Shown in pieces: positions 1-12,200 of a DNA stretch of 64,000 nucleotides; the stretch's first letter is position 1; each line of letters opens with the position of its first letter. Source of the DNA: Sandaracinobacter sp. (GTDB taxonomy: Bacteria; Pseudomonadota; Alphaproteobacteria; Sphingomonadales; Sphingomonadaceae); the NCBI GenBank assembly GCA_031425455.1, contig JANPJJ010000152.1:1411-65410 (forward strand), in the 5' to 3' direction. A model generated the notes under the pieces. It saw only the letters and a list, made by a program, of their open reading frames with translations. It ran no database searches and was not told where the DNA came from. The translations under genes were made by a program, and so were the position numbers.

Positions 1-80
1 CAGCAATAACGGGCCCTTCGGCGGTTGAGGCGGAGGGGCTTACCGGCTAGACGCCGGGCCGACCGTGCGTTTTGAGGATC

Positions 81-2900
81 ATGATGACTGACGACATGGG
101 CCTTCCCGATCTCCAGCCGGGCCCCAGCTGGGCCCGGCCGAGCTGGCCCCCCCTGCCCGACGACGAGCTGACACTCGCGCTGGACGCCGGACTTCCCGGC
201 CGGGCCGCCGCGGCCATCGCAAAGGCGGGTGGCAAGCCTGCCCCGGATGCCGACCGGGTCCGAAACGCGGCACAGGATACTGTCTGCGCCACGATGCTGA
301 TCCGCACCTACCGGGTGCGCGGGCATCTGGCCGCCGTGCTCGACCCGCTGGGCCTTGCCGAGCGGCCGCTGCCTGCCGACTTGACGCCCGAGTATCACGG
401 CCTCACCGACCCGGAGAAGACGGTCTATATCGGCGGCATCTTCGGCGGCCTGGAAACCGTGACCGTGGCCGAGCTGGTGGCGATCCTGCGCCGCAACTAC
501 TGCGGCCCCGTCGGCATCGAGTATATGCACATCAACGATGTGGAGGAGCGCCGCTTCCTGCAGGACAAGATCGAGGGACGCGACAAGGAAATCGCCTTTA
601 CCGCGCTGGGCAAGAAGGCGATCCTGAACAAGCTGATCGAAGCCGAGCATTTCGAGAAGTTCCTCGCGCGCAAGTTCGTCGGCACCAAGCGTTTCGGCCT
701 GGAAGGCGCCGAGTCCGCCGTTCCAGCGCTCGAAAGCATCATCAAGGTCGGCGGCGCGAACGGCGCCCGGGAGATCGTGATCGGGATGCCCCACCGCGGC
801 CGGCTGAACGTGCTGGCGAACGTGATGCAGAAACCGTTCCGCGCGATCTTCCATGAATTCTCCGGCGGCAGCTCGAACCCGGACGATGTCGGCGGCTCGG
901 GCGACGTGAAATATCACCTCGGCACATCCACCGACCGCGAGTTCGACGGCAATATCGTCCACCTGTCGCTCACGCCCAACCCGTCGCACCTGGAGGCCGT
1001 GAACCCCGTCGTGCTGGGCAAGGTCCGAGCGATCCAGCGCACCCGGGAGGACCGTACCCGGGAACAGGTGCTGCCGATCCTGATGCACGGCGACGCGGCC
1101 TTTGCCGGCCAGGGGATTGTCGCCGAATGCTTCGGCTTCTCCGGCGTGCCCGGCTACAACACGGGCGGCACGCTGCATTTCGTCGTCAACAACCAGGTCG
1201 GCTTCACCACCAGCCCCGCCTTCGCCCGGTCCAGTCCCTATCCCAGCGATGTGGCGAAGATCGTGCAGGCGCCGATCTTCCATGTGAACGGCGACGATCC
1301 CGAAGCGGTCACCTTCGCCACCAAGGTCGCGACCGAGTTCCGCCAGAAGTTCAAGCGCGACGTCGTGATCGACATGTGGTGCTATCGCCGCTTCGGCCAC
1401 AACGAGTCCGACGAGCCGGCGTTCACCCAGCCGCTGATGTACGCCAGAATCCGCAACCATCCGTCGGTGGCGACGCTCTACGCTGACCGGTTGCAGCGTG
1501 AGGGGCTGATCACGGCCGACGATGTGAAAGCGATGGAACAGGCCTTCATCGACGGGCTGGAAGCCGATTTCGAGGCAGCGACCGGCTTCCGCCCGAACAA
1601 GGCGGAGTGGTTCGGCGGCCGCTGGCAGGGCCTGGCGCAACCTGCCGACCCCGTCACAGCAAGACGAAGCGCCGAGACCGGCGTGCCGGCCGAAAAGCTC
1701 CGGGCGATCGCCGCGAAACTTCACGCCGCGCCCGCAGGGTTCAACCTGCACAAGACGCTGGCTCGCGTGATCCAGGCGCGGGGTGCCGCCGTGGAAGCCG
1801 GCGAGGGGATCGATTGGGCGACGGCGGAAAGCCTCGCCTTTGCGACCCTGCTGACGGACACGCCCGAGCCGTCCGGCGTACGATTGTCCGGCCAGGACAG
1901 CGGGCGAGGGACCTTTTCGCAGCGCCACGCCGTCTGGGTGGATCAGCAGACCGGCGCCAAATATGCCCCGCTCGCCAACCTCGGCAGCTTCTTCGAAGTG
2001 TTCGACAGTCCGCTGTCGGAATTCGGCGTGCTCGGCTTCGAATATGGCTACGCCGGCGCCGATCCGAAAACGCTGGTGCTGTGGGAGGCCCAATTCGGCG
2101 ATTTCGCCAACGGCGCCCAGGTCATGATCGACCAGTTCATTGCGGCTGGTGAAGCAAAATGGTTACGCGCCAATGGTTTGGTGATGCTTCTTCCACACGG
2201 ATATGAAGGGCAGGGTCCCGAGCACAGTTCGGCCCGGCTGGAGCGATTCCTGCAGCTCTGCGCCGAGGACAATCTCCAGGTCGCCAACTGCACCACCCCC
2301 GCCAACTATTTCCACATCCTGCGCCGGCAGATGCTGCGGCCGTTCCGGAAGCCGCTTATCATCATGACGCCAAAGTCGCTGCTGCGACACAAGCGGGCAG
2401 TGTCGACGCTCGCCGACATGGCGGCGGGCTCCAGCTTCCACCGCTGCCTGGACGACCTCGCAGAGCCTCCGGCCGACAAGGTGCGGCGCCTGATCCTGTG
2501 CTCCGGCAAGGTCTATTATGACCTGGCCGACGCCCGCGACGAAGAAGGTCGCGACGATGTCTATATCCTGCGGGTCGAGCAGCTTTACCCGTTCCCGACC
2601 GATGTGGTCGCCGAATATGCTGCCAGGTTCCCCGGTCTGGAGTCGGTGGTCTGGTGCCAGGAAGAGCCAAGGAATGCCGGGGCTTGGTTCTTCGTCGATC
2701 CGCTGCTTGAGGAGGCGCTCGGCAAGCGGCCGGTCTATGCCGGGCGGGCGGCGGCCGCCTCCACGGCCACCGGCCTGGCGCGGCGCCATGCAGCCGAGCA
2801 GGCGAAGCTGATCGCCGAGGCGCTCGGCGCGCCGAAATCCGAAGTGCGGGCGGCGATCCGCTCCAGCCTGAAATCTAGCGCGCGGCAGCGGGCCGCCTGA
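81..2900 (+). CDS. sucA: 2-oxoglutarate dehydrogenase E1 component
   Basis: Motifs [26 protein letters not shown], ThDP-binding [39 protein letters not shown]. An in-frame TAG at 48-50 shows the gene starts inside the window; GAGG precedes ATG 81/84. Confidence 0.98.
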   Translation: MMTDDMGLPDLQPGPSWARPSWPPLPDDELTLALDAGLPGRAAAAIAKAGGKPAPDADRVRNAAQDTVCATMLIRTYRVRGHLAAVLDPLGLAERPLPADLTPEYHGLTDPEKTVYIGGIFGGLETVTVAELVAILRRNYCGPVGIEYMHINDVEERRFLQDKIEGRDKEIAFTALGKKAILNKLIEAEHFEKFLARKFVGTKRFGLEGAESAVPALESIIKVGGANGAREIVIGMPHRGRLNVLANVMQKPFRAIFHEFSGGSSNPDDVGGSGDVKYHLGTSTDREFDGNIVHLSLTPNPSHLEAVNPVVLGKVRAIQRTREDRTREQVLPILMHGDAAFAGQGIVAECFGFSGVPGYNTGGTLHFVVNNQVGFTTSPAFARSSPYPSDVAKIVQAPIFHVNGDDPEAVTFATKVATEFRQKFKRDVVIDMWCYRRFGHNESDEPAFTQPLMYARIRNHPSVATLYADRLQREGLITADDVKAMEQAFIDGLEADFEAATGFRPNKAEWFGGRWQGLAQPADPVTARRSAETGVPAEKLRAIAAKLHAAPAGFNLHKTLARVIQARGAAVEAGEGIDWATAESLAFATLLTDTPEPSGVRLSGQDSGRGTFSQRHAVWVDQQTGAKYAPLANLGSFFEVFDSPLSEFGVLGFEYGYAGADPKTLVLWEAQFGDFANGAQVMIDQFIAAGEAKWLRANGLVMLLPHGYEGQGPEHSSARLERFLQLCAEDNLQVANCTTPANYFHILRRQMLRPFRKPLIIMTPKSLLRHKRAVSTLADMAAGSSFHRCLDDLAEPPADKVRRLILCSGKVYYDLADARDEEGRDDVYILRVEQLYPFPTDVVAEYAARFPGLESVVWCQEEPRNAGAWFFVDPLLEEALGKRPVYAGRAAAASTATGLARRHAAEQAKLIAEALGAPKSEVRAAIRSSLKSSARQRAA

Positions 2901-2908
2901 GGGGACCT

Positions 2909-4165
<1,257 letters not shown>

Positions 4166-4180
4166 CCGCCCCGGAACTTT

Positions 4181-4210
4181 CCGCCATCCCAGCGAAGGCT
4201 GGGATCTCCC
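4181..4210. repeat. REP-like palindromic arm
   Basis: ccgccatcccagcgaaggctgggatctccc: hairpin atcccagc/gctgggat, 29/30 identical to 14001-14030. Confidence 0.8.
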
Positions 4211-4247
4211 CGCCCTCCGCAAACACTCGCTCGCCGGAGACAAGCCT

Positions 4248-5636
4248 ATGCCCGACTATGATGTCATCGTGATCGGCGCCGGCCCGGGGGGCTATGTCGC
4301 CGCGATCCGCGCCGCCCAGCTCGGGCTGAAAACCGCCTGTGTCGAAAAGCGCGAAACGCTCGGAGGCACCTGCCTCAACGTCGGCTGCATCCCGTCGAAG
4401 GCGCTTCTGCACGCCTCCGAGCTCTATGCAGAGGCAGCGCACGGGGAACATGCCAAGTTCGGCATCGGCTACGGCGAAGTGACGTTCGATTTGGCGCGAA
4501 TGCGGGCCGAAAAGGACCAGGCGGTGAAGGAGCTGACGTCGGGCGTCGAGTTCCTGTTCAAAAAGAACAAGGTGGCCTGGCTGAAGGGCGAGGCACGGTT
4601 CGTGGATGCGAAAACGATTGAAGTGGCCGGCAAGAATGTCAGCGCCGCCAACTTCGTGATCGCGACCGGATCGGAGGTCGCCTTTCCGCCCGGGCTTGCG
4701 CCCGATGGCGAGGTAATCGTCACTTCGACCGAAGCGCTCGACCTGACAGCCGTGCCGAAGCATCTCGTCGTGGTCGGCGGCGGCTATATCGGGCTCGAGA
4801 TGGGTAGTGTCTGGCGCCGCCTGGGGGCCGAGGTGACGGTCGTTGAATATATGCCGACGATCACACCCGCCATGGACACGGAGATCGTCGCCGAGTTCGC
4901 GAAGATCCTCACAAAACAGGGCCTGGTGCTAAAAACGGCCACGAAGGTGACAGGGATTGAGCGCAAGGGCAGTTCGGCTGTCGTCGCCGTGGAGCCCGCC
5001 GCCGGCGGCACGGCCGAGACGATCGAGGCCGATATCGTGCTGCTGTCGGTCGGCCGCCGGCCCAATACCGATAATCTGAATCTCGAGGCTACCGGTCTGG
5101 CGCTCGACGGCAAGGGTCGCATCCCGACGAATGCCGATCTCTCCACCAGCGTCCCCGGCCTCTGGGCGATCGGTGATGTCACGACCGGCCCGATGCTGGC
5201 GCACAAGGCCGAAGACGAAGGGGTGGCCGTGGCCGAGGCGATCGCCGGGCTGAAGCGGCCGCTGAACCACGGGGTGATCCCTGCAGTCGTCTATACCCAG
5301 CCCGAAGTGGCGAGCGTCGGGCTTACCGAAGCGGAAGCGAAGGCAAGGGGGCCCGTCAAAGTCGGCAAGTTCCCGTTCCTGGCCAACAGCCGGGCCAAGA
5401 CCAATCGCGACACGGCCGGCTTCGTGAAGGTCATCGCCGACGGAGCGACCGACCGGGTGCTCGGTGTACACATCATCGGCCGCATGGCCGGAACCATGAT
5501 CGCGCAGGCCGCGCAGGCCATGGAATTCGGCGCCTCCAGCGAGGATATCGCCTACACCTGCCACGCCCACCCGACCCATCCCGAGGCGCTGAAGGAAGCG
5601 GCGATGGCGGTGGCGGGCAAACCCATTCACATGTGA
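4248..5636 (+). CDS. lpdA: Dihydrolipoamide dehydrogenase (E3)
   Basis: GAGPGGY FAD motif, GGTCLNVGCIPSK redox disulfide, HAHPTHPE His-Glu dyad; in the suc operon. Confidence 0.98.
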   Translation: MPDYDVIVIGAGPGGYVAAIRAAQLGLKTACVEKRETLGGTCLNVGCIPSKALLHASELYAEAAHGEHAKFGIGYGEVTFDLARMRAEKDQAVKELTSGVEFLFKKNKVAWLKGEARFVDAKTIEVAGKNVSAANFVIATGSEVAFPPGLAPDGEVIVTSTEALDLTAVPKHLVVVGGGYIGLEMGSVWRRLGAEVTVVEYMPTITPAMDTEIVAEFAKILTKQGLVLKTATKVTGIERKGSSAVVAVEPAAGGTAETIEADIVLLSVGRRPNTDNLNLEATGLALDGKGRIPTNADLSTSVPGLWAIGDVTTGPMLAHKAEDEGVAVAEAIAGLKRPLNHGVIPAVVYTQPEVASVGLTEAEAKARGPVKVGKFPFLANSRAKTNRDTAGFVKVIADGATDRVLGVHIIGRMAGTMIAQAAQAMEFGASSEDIAYTCHAHPTHPEALKEAAMAVAGKPIHM

Positions 5637-5643
5637 AACCGGC

Positions 5644-6273
5644 TTGGACCCAGACGCCCTCGACCAGCTGCGCCGCCTGTTCGTCGCGCTGGATTATGTC
5701 GGCGTCGCCATCTTCGCTGTCACCGGCGCGCTTGTCGCTGCACGGGCACGGCAGGATTTCGTAACCTGCGCCTTCTTTGCCGGGATGACGGGGATGGGCG
5801 GCGGCACGATCCGCGACCTGCTCATTGGCGCCCCGGTGTTCTGGATCGGGGAGGAGTGGTTTGTCGGCGTCTGCCTCGCAGCCACTTTCGCGGTCTGGCT
5901 GCTCCGGACCGAGCGCTGGCCGGGCAAGCCGCTGCGCTGGCTCGATGCGGTCGGATTGTCGGCCTATTGCGCCTTCGGGGCGCTGAAGGCGTTGAGTTTC
6001 GGGATCAGCCCGGTCCCGGCGCTGCTGATGGGGGTGATTACCGCGACATTCGGCGGCGTTCTGCGCGACGTCGTGGCCGGCCGGCCTTCGATCCTGCTGG
6101 CGCGCGAAATCTATGTGACCGCGGCGATCGCCGGCGCCGGTGTCACCGTTCTGCTGTCGGCCGGCTTCGGGCTGAATGGCTGGATCGCAGGCGGTCTCGG
6201 CGCCGCGAGCGCCTTTGCAATCCGCGCCGGCGCCCTGCTGCGGGATTGGAAACTGCCCATCCACCCGGGCTGA
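5644..6273 (+). CDS. Trimeric intracellular cation channel (UPF0126/YadS-like) membrane protein
   Basis: Two internal repeats with GMGGGTIRD and TFGGVLRD motifs, hydrophobic; TTG start just after lpdA. Confidence 0.88.
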   Translation: MDPDALDQLRRLFVALDYVGVAIFAVTGALVAARARQDFVTCAFFAGMTGMGGGTIRDLLIGAPVFWIGEEWFVGVCLAATFAVWLLRTERWPGKPLRWLDAVGLSAYCAFGALKALSFGISPVPALLMGVITATFGGVLRDVVAGRPSILLAREIYVTAAIAGAGVTVLLSAGFGLNGWIAGGLGAASAFAIRAGALLRDWKLPIHPG

Positions 6274-6277
6274 CGGA

Positions 6278-7495
6278 TCAGGTCCTTCGTCGGGCCACGG
6301 CGTACAGCGTCGTCCCCGCAATCACCGCGCCCACCAGCATTCCCCAGGCATCGGGCTTGGATTGCAGCATCGCCCAGAACAGGATGGCGGAACCTGCCGC
6401 CAGCGCCAGCAGCATCGGGAACCCGGGCAGGGTGGGCTCTCCGTCATCCCGACGAAGCTTGGGCAGCGACGTGAACACCAGCCCATACAGGAACAGCCGG
6501 GCCAGCGTTCCAAGCACCGCAAGCCACACGAAACTGCCCGACAGCGCCAGCGCCATCGCCAGCCCGCCATAAACCAGGATCGACCGGGATGGCGTGGCGA
6601 ACCGGCCATGCACATGCCCCAGCCAGCGCGGCAGCGTACCCTGCACCGCCATGGCATAGGTGATGCGAGGCGAAGTCAGCATGTTGCCGTGCAGATTGCC
6701 TGTCAGCGAGGCGAGCGCCGTTAGCGTCATGATCGCAGCCCCGGTGCCGCCGGCAATGGCCGCCCCGAATGCGATCAGCGGCGCCTCCTCGCTGCCGGCC
6801 GGTGCCACCGCCGTATAGGCAAGCTGGATCAGAAAATAGAACAGCGCGGAGAAGGCGACGGTCCAGATCATCGCGCGCGGCACCGATCGGCGCGCATCGA
6901 CCGTCTCGCCGGCAGACACCATCACATGCTCGAACCCGACGAAGGCATAGAGGATGAGGAGCGCGTTGGTTTCGACGGTGGTGAAGGCCGGCAAGGCGGT
7001 GGGCAACGACAGCGACGGGCCGAACATCCAGAGCCCGGCGACCGCGAACAGGATCAGAGGCAGCACCTTGAACATCGATGCGATGTTCAAGACCGCCACG
7101 GCCCGCCGCACGCCGACATAGTTCGCCCACGTCAGCGCGCCCAGCACGGCCACGATGATGATGCCCCGCGCCAGGCCGCCCTCCAGCGCCGGGAACAGCC
7201 CCCCGGCATAGGCGGCGAACACCGTCACATTGGCCGCGATCGAGGTGAGCTTCGCGATATAGTTGAGCCACCCGGCCTGAAATCCGGCGAACGGCCCGAA
7301 CGCGCGGGTTACATAGGCGACCGGCCCGCCCGTGATGTCGAACCGGGCCGAGACCGCGGCCAGCGGCGCCACGATTACCAGCATCAGCAGCCCGAACAGC
7401 GGAAACATCCAGGGGCCGAACGCCCCGAACTCCTTGAACACCACCCCCGGCAGCACGAAGATGCCCGCGCCGACGATTCCGTTGAACGCCAGCAC
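6278..7495 (-). CDS. APC-family amino acid permease
   Basis: NGIVGAGIF TM1 motif, GGPVAYV, YAFVGFE, HGRFATP; about 12 TM. True start probably upstream of 7495 (see findings). Confidence 0.9.
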   Translation of the reverse strand: MLAFNGIVGAGIFVLPGVVFKEFGAFGPWMFPLFGLLMLVIVAPLAAVSARFDITGGPVAYVTRAFGPFAGFQAGWLNYIAKLTSIAANVTVFAAYAGGLFPALEGGLARGIIIVAVLGALTWANYVGVRRAVAVLNIASMFKVLPLILFAVAGLWMFGPSLSLPTALPAFTTVETNALLILYAFVGFEHVMVSAGETVDARRSVPRAMIWTVAFSALFYFLIQLAYTAVAPAGSEEAPLIAFGAAIAGGTGAAIMTLTALASLTGNLHGNMLTSPRITYAMAVQGTLPRWLGHVHGRFATPSRSILVYGGLAMALALSGSFVWLAVLGTLARLFLYGLVFTSLPKLRRDDGEPTLPGFPMLLALAAGSAILFWAMLQSKPDAWGMLVGAVIAGTTLYAVARRRT

Positions 7496-7606
7496 GGCGA
7501 CCGCGAACGGTCCGATCGCCCGACGCAGGCTCGTGCCCGGCCCCGCCTGTGCGATGGCCGACGGTCCTATGTTCGGCTGCCCGCCCGGCGCCCCAGCCGG
7601 CCTGTG

Positions 7607-9481
7607 CTAGTCGACAAGGCGTGTCTTCAAGGCCGCCAGCAGCGTTTCCGGCCGCCGGGTGCTTCCCAGCGGCACGGCATAGGCCATGCACGTGAAGCAA
7701 TGCGCCTGGATCGTCGGGCCCTTCCCGATCGCAATCGCCGCCTCCACCTGCGCCACGGCACGCATTCGCGATACCGTCACCGAGCGGGCAAGTGCGTCCT
7801 GCGCCGGCGCCTCGCTGCCTTCCATTTGGGCCAGCAGCTTGACCAGCCAGGGCAGCGGCGGCTGCATCACCTTGACGCGCGGCTTGCCCTCGATCCCGGC
7901 GCGCCGCCCGGCCTCCGCCACGGCGGCGTCCAGATCGCCGAAGCTGTCGATCAGCTTCAGCTCCTTCGCCCGCGCGCCGGACCAGACGCGGCCCTCCGCC
8001 ACCTTCTCGACCTCGGCGACCGGCATTTTGCGCGCGCCCGCCACCAGCGCCAGGAACTTCGCATAGGTGTCGGCCACGCCGCCCTGGATCAGGGCCCGGG
8101 TGGGGTCATTCAGGCCGCCCACGATGTCGGGCTGGCCGGAAAACGGCGTGGTGGCGATCCCGTCGGCTGAAACCCCCAGGTCCTTCAAGGTGCGCTGGAA
8201 CGTGGGGATGATGCCGAACACGCCGATCGAGCCCGTCACCGTGTTGCGGCTGGCAAAGATCGCATCGGCGCCGGCGCCCACCCAGTATCCGCCGCTGGCC
8301 GCCACCGGCCCGAAACTGGCGATCACCGGCATCTTGGCGTCTCGCGCCTGCTGCATCGCAAGCCGAATCCGTTCCGAAGCCAGGGCCGAGCCGCCGCCAG
8401 AATCCACGCGCACCACCAGCGCGCGCGCATCCTGGTCGGCCACCGCATCTTCGATCAGCCTGGCGACGGTGTCGCCGCCGGCCTGGCCCGCGGGCGCTTC
8501 GCCGTCGACGATGTTCCCGCTGACATGGACGACAGCAACTGCCGGTCCGGTTTCGGCGATCGGTTGGCGGGCGGCGAAATAATCCCGCGCGTTGATCCGC
8601 CTATAGTCGCCCGGCAGATCTTCTTCCTCGCCCTCGCCCAGCTTCTCGCGCAGCGCCGCGCGCCAGGCGGTGTCGCTCAGCACCACGTCCACCAGGCCGG
8701 CGCTTCGGGCAAGCTCGGCCTGGTCCTGATTGGCCCCGGCCACGCGCGCCGGCCAGCTGGCGACGGTCGCCGCCATGTCCAGCCTGGGGCGCTGCTTTTC
8801 CACCCCGGCGCGCCATCCCGCCCACAGATCGTCGGCGAGCTGCTGGTCCGCGGCACGTGCCTCGGGCGAGCTTTCGTTCCGGGTAAAGGGCTCAACGAAG
8901 CTCTTGTAGGTCCCCACGCGGAACACCTCGACATCGACTTTCAGCTTGTCGAGCGCATCCTTGAAATAGAGGTTGGTGCCGCCCGGGCCGCTGATCAGTA
9001 CCGCGCCCATCGGCGAGAGCCCGACCTTGCTGGCATGTGCCGCCAGATAATAGCCATCGTCGCCATAGGCCGTGGCCCAGGCCTCCACCGGCTTCCCCTT
9101 GGCGCGGAACCTGGCAAGCGCCATGCCGACGCTTTCCAGATTGGCCAGCCCGCCGCCCATGAAGCCATCCAGATCCAGCGTGATCATCCGGATCGCCGGG
9201 TCGTCGGCGGCCAGGTCGATGGTGCGCACCAGGTCTGCCGTCACGGTCTCGGGAATGATCGTGTCGCCTGACACCAGCGACAGCGGCGATCGCTCGGTGC
9301 CCTGGTCCACCAGCACGCCGTCCAGGTCGATCTCCAGCGCGCCGCCTTCGGGCACGCTGATGCGGGGCGAGCCGCTGGACAGCGCGGCCCACAGCCCGGC
9401 GAACAGCAGGAGCATGAACATCAGCACCAGCGCATCCTTGACGCCGACGAGGAAGGTCCAGACGCCCTTCAGGAACTGCAT
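7607..9481 (-). CDS. sppA: Signal peptide peptidase SppA (protease IV, long form)
   Basis: N-terminal TM, YKSFVEPF, DSGGGS and ASGGYW motifs, TGSIGV, EGRVWSG; GAGGAG RBS. Confidence 0.95.
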   Translation of the reverse strand: MQFLKGVWTFLVGVKDALVLMFMLLLFAGLWAALSSGSPRISVPEGGALEIDLDGVLVDQGTERSPLSLVSGDTIIPETVTADLVRTIDLAADDPAIRMITLDLDGFMGGGLANLESVGMALARFRAKGKPVEAWATAYGDDGYYLAAHASKVGLSPMGAVLISGPGGTNLYFKDALDKLKVDVEVFRVGTYKSFVEPFTRNESSPEARAADQQLADDLWAGWRAGVEKQRPRLDMAATVASWPARVAGANQDQAELARSAGLVDVVLSDTAWRAALREKLGEGEEEDLPGDYRRINARDYFAARQPIAETGPAVAVVHVSGNIVDGEAPAGQAGGDTVARLIEDAVADQDARALVVRVDSGGGSALASERIRLAMQQARDAKMPVIASFGPVAASGGYWVGAGADAIFASRNTVTGSIGVFGIIPTFQRTLKDLGVSADGIATTPFSGQPDIVGGLNDPTRALIQGGVADTYAKFLALVAGARKMPVAEVEKVAEGRVWSGARAKELKLIDSFGDLDAAVAEAGRRAGIEGKPRVKVMQPPLPWLVKLLAQMEGSEAPAQDALARSVTVSRMRAVAQVEAAIAIGKGPTIQAHCFTCMAYAVPLGSTRRPETLLAALKTRLVD

Positions 9482-9553
9482 GCGATACTCCTCGAAAAGT
9501 CAGTCTGGGCTTAGCGCTCAATTGCGAAACTGCAATGCGGCGCAGTTGACTCG

Positions 9554-10636
9554 ATGGCGGCCGGCGGGAAGACTCCCCGGATGGAGATGCGCCGCGACGA
9601 TCTGGAGGCCGCCGTGCAGGCCGGTATCATCGACACCGGGACGCGCGACCGGTTGCTGGCCTTCGTGGCCCACCGTACCGAAGGCGCGGCCGGCCCCGAC
9701 AACGAGAGTTTTCGCCTGCTGACGGGATTCAACGATATCTTCGTGACGCTGGCCTGCGTGCTGCTGTTGGTGGCGGTGGCCAGCCTGCTGCCGGGTATCG
9801 TTGCGACGGCGGGCATCGCCGCGCTCAGCTGGGCGCTGGCGGAGTATTTCACGGCTCGAAGGCGGATGGCGCTGCCCTCCATCCTGCTGCTGCTCGCGTT
9901 CGTCGGCTCGGTGTTCGCGCTCACGGTGCAGCTGTTGTCCGGTGCCGAGCACTGGAGCCTTGCGGCGCGGCAGGCCTATTCCACCGGCCAGGTCGCGGCG
10001 CTCTGGGCGCCGATCGCCGTGGCCGGCGGGGTTGCGGCAGCGGCGGCGGCGCTGCACTGGCGCCGCTTTCGCGTGCCCATCACGCTTGCGGCCGGGGCGG
10101 CGGGCCTTGCCGTCCTGCTGGCTGCCGTCGTCGGCGCGGTGGTGCCGGGCCGCACGCCGCTGCTGCTGGCGATGCTGGCGGGTGGGCTCGGCATCTTCGC
10201 GCTCGCCATGCGTTACGACATGACAGACCGGGAGCGGATCACCCGCAACACCGACATCGCCTTCTGGCTGCACCTGCTCGCCGCGCCGCTGATCGTGCAC
10301 CCGATCTTCGCGCTCAGCGGCCTGGCAGAGCAAGGCGCCGGCGCTGCCGCGACCCTGCTGGTCCTTCTGGTCTATGCCGGGCTCACATTCGTGGCGCTGG
10401 CGATCGATCGTCGGGCCCTGCTGGTATCGGCGCTGGCCTATGTGCTCTACGCGCTGCAAGGCCTGTTCGAGGCAGGGCAGGTGGCTGCCGGGTTCGGGTT
10501 TACCGCGCTGATCCTCGGCAGCTTTCTCGTCATGCTCTCGGCGGCCTGGGGCCATCTTCGGCATCGCCTTCTTGGGTGGCTCCCGGCGCATTGGGCCCGT
10601 CGGCTTCCGCTCCCGGCAACGCCGGGGGTTGCCTGA
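9554..10636 (+). CDS. Polytopic membrane protein of unknown function
   Basis: Short soluble N-terminus (DLEAAVQAGII...), FRLLTGFNDIFV motif, then many hydrophobic segments; start may be ATG 9581/9587. Confidence 0.8.
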   Translation: MAAGGKTPRMEMRRDDLEAAVQAGIIDTGTRDRLLAFVAHRTEGAAGPDNESFRLLTGFNDIFVTLACVLLLVAVASLLPGIVATAGIAALSWALAEYFTARRRMALPSILLLLAFVGSVFALTVQLLSGAEHWSLAARQAYSTGQVAALWAPIAVAGGVAAAAAALHWRRFRVPITLAAGAAGLAVLLAAVVGAVVPGRTPLLLAMLAGGLGIFALAMRYDMTDRERITRNTDIAFWLHLLAAPLIVHPIFALSGLAEQGAGAAATLLVLLVYAGLTFVALAIDRRALLVSALAYVLYALQGLFEAGQVAAGFGFTALILGSFLVMLSAAWGHLRHRLLGWLPAHWARRLPLPATPGVA

Positions 10637-10799
10637 TCGCGCTCCAGACCGGTTCGCCGCGCGCGTCCCTGGGGATCTCGCCGCCCGTCACTGCGCCTTT
10701 GTGCTTGACGGACGCCAGGTAAAGCGGAGCAGGGGCACAGGCTGCAACCAGGATCGGGGCCAGCAGCAGGATGGACCGGGCAGAAAACTCGATGTGCAA
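10530..10799 (-). CDS. Small putative lipoprotein (89 aa), hidden inside a longer shadow ORF
   Basis: TTG start with TAAGG upstream; MHIEFSARSILLLAPILVAA-C lipobox, then GEIPRDARGEPVWSAIR and a low-complexity tail. Confidence 0.6.
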   Translation of the reverse strand: MHIEFSARSILLLAPILVAACAPAPLYLASVKHKGAVTGGEIPRDARGEPVWSAIRQPPALPGAEADGPNAPGATQEGDAEDGPRPPRA

Positions 10800-10859
10800 C
10801 TTCGTTAACCTTATTGATGCAATGTCGCCCCTGCAATGCCCCCTAAACCTGTCGGACAA

Positions 10860-12116
10860 ATGAACGAAAGCGAAAAAGCTGCGGAAACGGCCCTTTTGCC
10901 TGCCTGGCCGACCGGTTCCGGCCCCCCCGGGCTCGTCGTGCGGATGGCCGCACGCGGCGATGGGGTCACGGCCGACGGGCGATTCCTGGCGGGTGCGGTT
11001 CCCGGCGACATGGTGGCGCCGGATGGCTCGATACGGCCCGGCCCGAACCGCGCCGTACCGCCGTGTCGGCATTTCGGAACCTGCGGCGGCTGCCAGCTGC
11101 AGCATGTGTCCGACGCAACGATCGCCGAGTTTGCGCGCAGCCGCATGCTGGAGCCGCTGGCACGCGCCGGGATCGTCCCCGCAGAGCTGATGGCGACGCA
11201 CATGTCGCCCCCCGCCAGCCGACGCCGCGCCGCGCTCCGGGCCACGCGAACGAAGGGCCAGGTCCGGCTGGGCTTCAATGCCGAGGGCGCCCACAGCCTG
11301 ATCGACGTTGCGCAATGCCCAGTGCTCCACCCCGACCTCTTCCGGCTGGTGGCGCCCTTGCGAAAGCTGCTGGGCCCGTATCTGGCGGAGCGATCGGCGA
11401 TCGGCATCACCATGACGCTGACCGATGCAGGCGTGGACCTGCTGCTGTCCAACCTGCAGGCCAACAGCCTTCCGGTGATCCAGGGGCTCACCGATTTCGC
11501 CGGGGCGATGGGGCTGGCACGGCTGTCGCTGGAAGGGCCGATGGGGGTGGAGACACTGGTCGCGCGCAGCGATCCCTTCGTCACCATGGGGAGCGTCGCC
11601 GTGACGCTGCCGCCGGCCGCCTTTCTCCAGGCAACGGCAGACGGCGAAACGGCCCTGGTGGCGGCAGTGTCGGCGGTGGCGGGGCAGGCGCGCAGCGTGG
11701 CGGACCTGTTCGCCGGCAGCGGCACCTTCGCACTTCCGCTATCACGGACCGCAACCGTGCTGGCGGTCGATGCGGCAGGCCCGGCGATCCGGGCATTGGG
11801 AGAGGCGGCCCGGCGCGCCGGCCGGCCGATCTCCGCCCAGCACCGCGACCTGTTTCGCAAGCCCATGAGCGCCGCCGAGCTGGACGGCTTCGACATGATC
11901 GTCATCGATCCGCCGCGCGCCGGCGCTTTGGTACAGGTCGGCGAAATTGCCCGCAGCCGGGTGCCGGTGGTGGCCGCCGTCAGCTGCAACCCCGCCACCT
12001 TCGCGCGCGACGCCGCGATCCTGGTGGCCGGGGGCTACCGTCTCGGCCGACTCTGGCCCGTTGCGCAGTTCCGCTGGTCCACCCATGTCGAGCTTGTCGC
12101 CGAATTCCGCCGCTAA
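10860..12116 (+). CDS. RNA (uracil-5)-methyltransferase, RlmD/TrmA family
   Basis: CRHFGTCGGCQLQH Fe-S motif, DLFAGSGTF SAM motif, DPPRAG, catalytic SCNPATFARD, HVE; start uncertain (10836-10944). Confidence 0.92.
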   Translation: MNESEKAAETALLPAWPTGSGPPGLVVRMAARGDGVTADGRFLAGAVPGDMVAPDGSIRPGPNRAVPPCRHFGTCGGCQLQHVSDATIAEFARSRMLEPLARAGIVPAELMATHMSPPASRRRAALRATRTKGQVRLGFNAEGAHSLIDVAQCPVLHPDLFRLVAPLRKLLGPYLAERSAIGITMTLTDAGVDLLLSNLQANSLPVIQGLTDFAGAMGLARLSLEGPMGVETLVARSDPFVTMGSVAVTLPPAAFLQATADGETALVAAVSAVAGQARSVADLFAGSGTFALPLSRTATVLAVDAAGPAIRALGEAARRAGRPISAQHRDLFRKPMSAAELDGFDMIVIDPPRAGALVQVGEIARSRVPVVAAVSCNPATFARDAAILVAGGYRLGRLWPVAQFRWSTHVELVAEFRR

Positions 12117-12200
12117 GCTGCAAGGCGGCACGAAACAGTCGTTAACAGACGGCGCGCTGCAGATCCCGTATCGGACGGCGCAACAAGTCTGGAGACCATC

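Noticed and set aside
12120-12200. Sigma54 promoter for the first PEP-CTERM gene
   Set aside because: CGGCAC is present but no GC at the required GG-N10-GC spacing.
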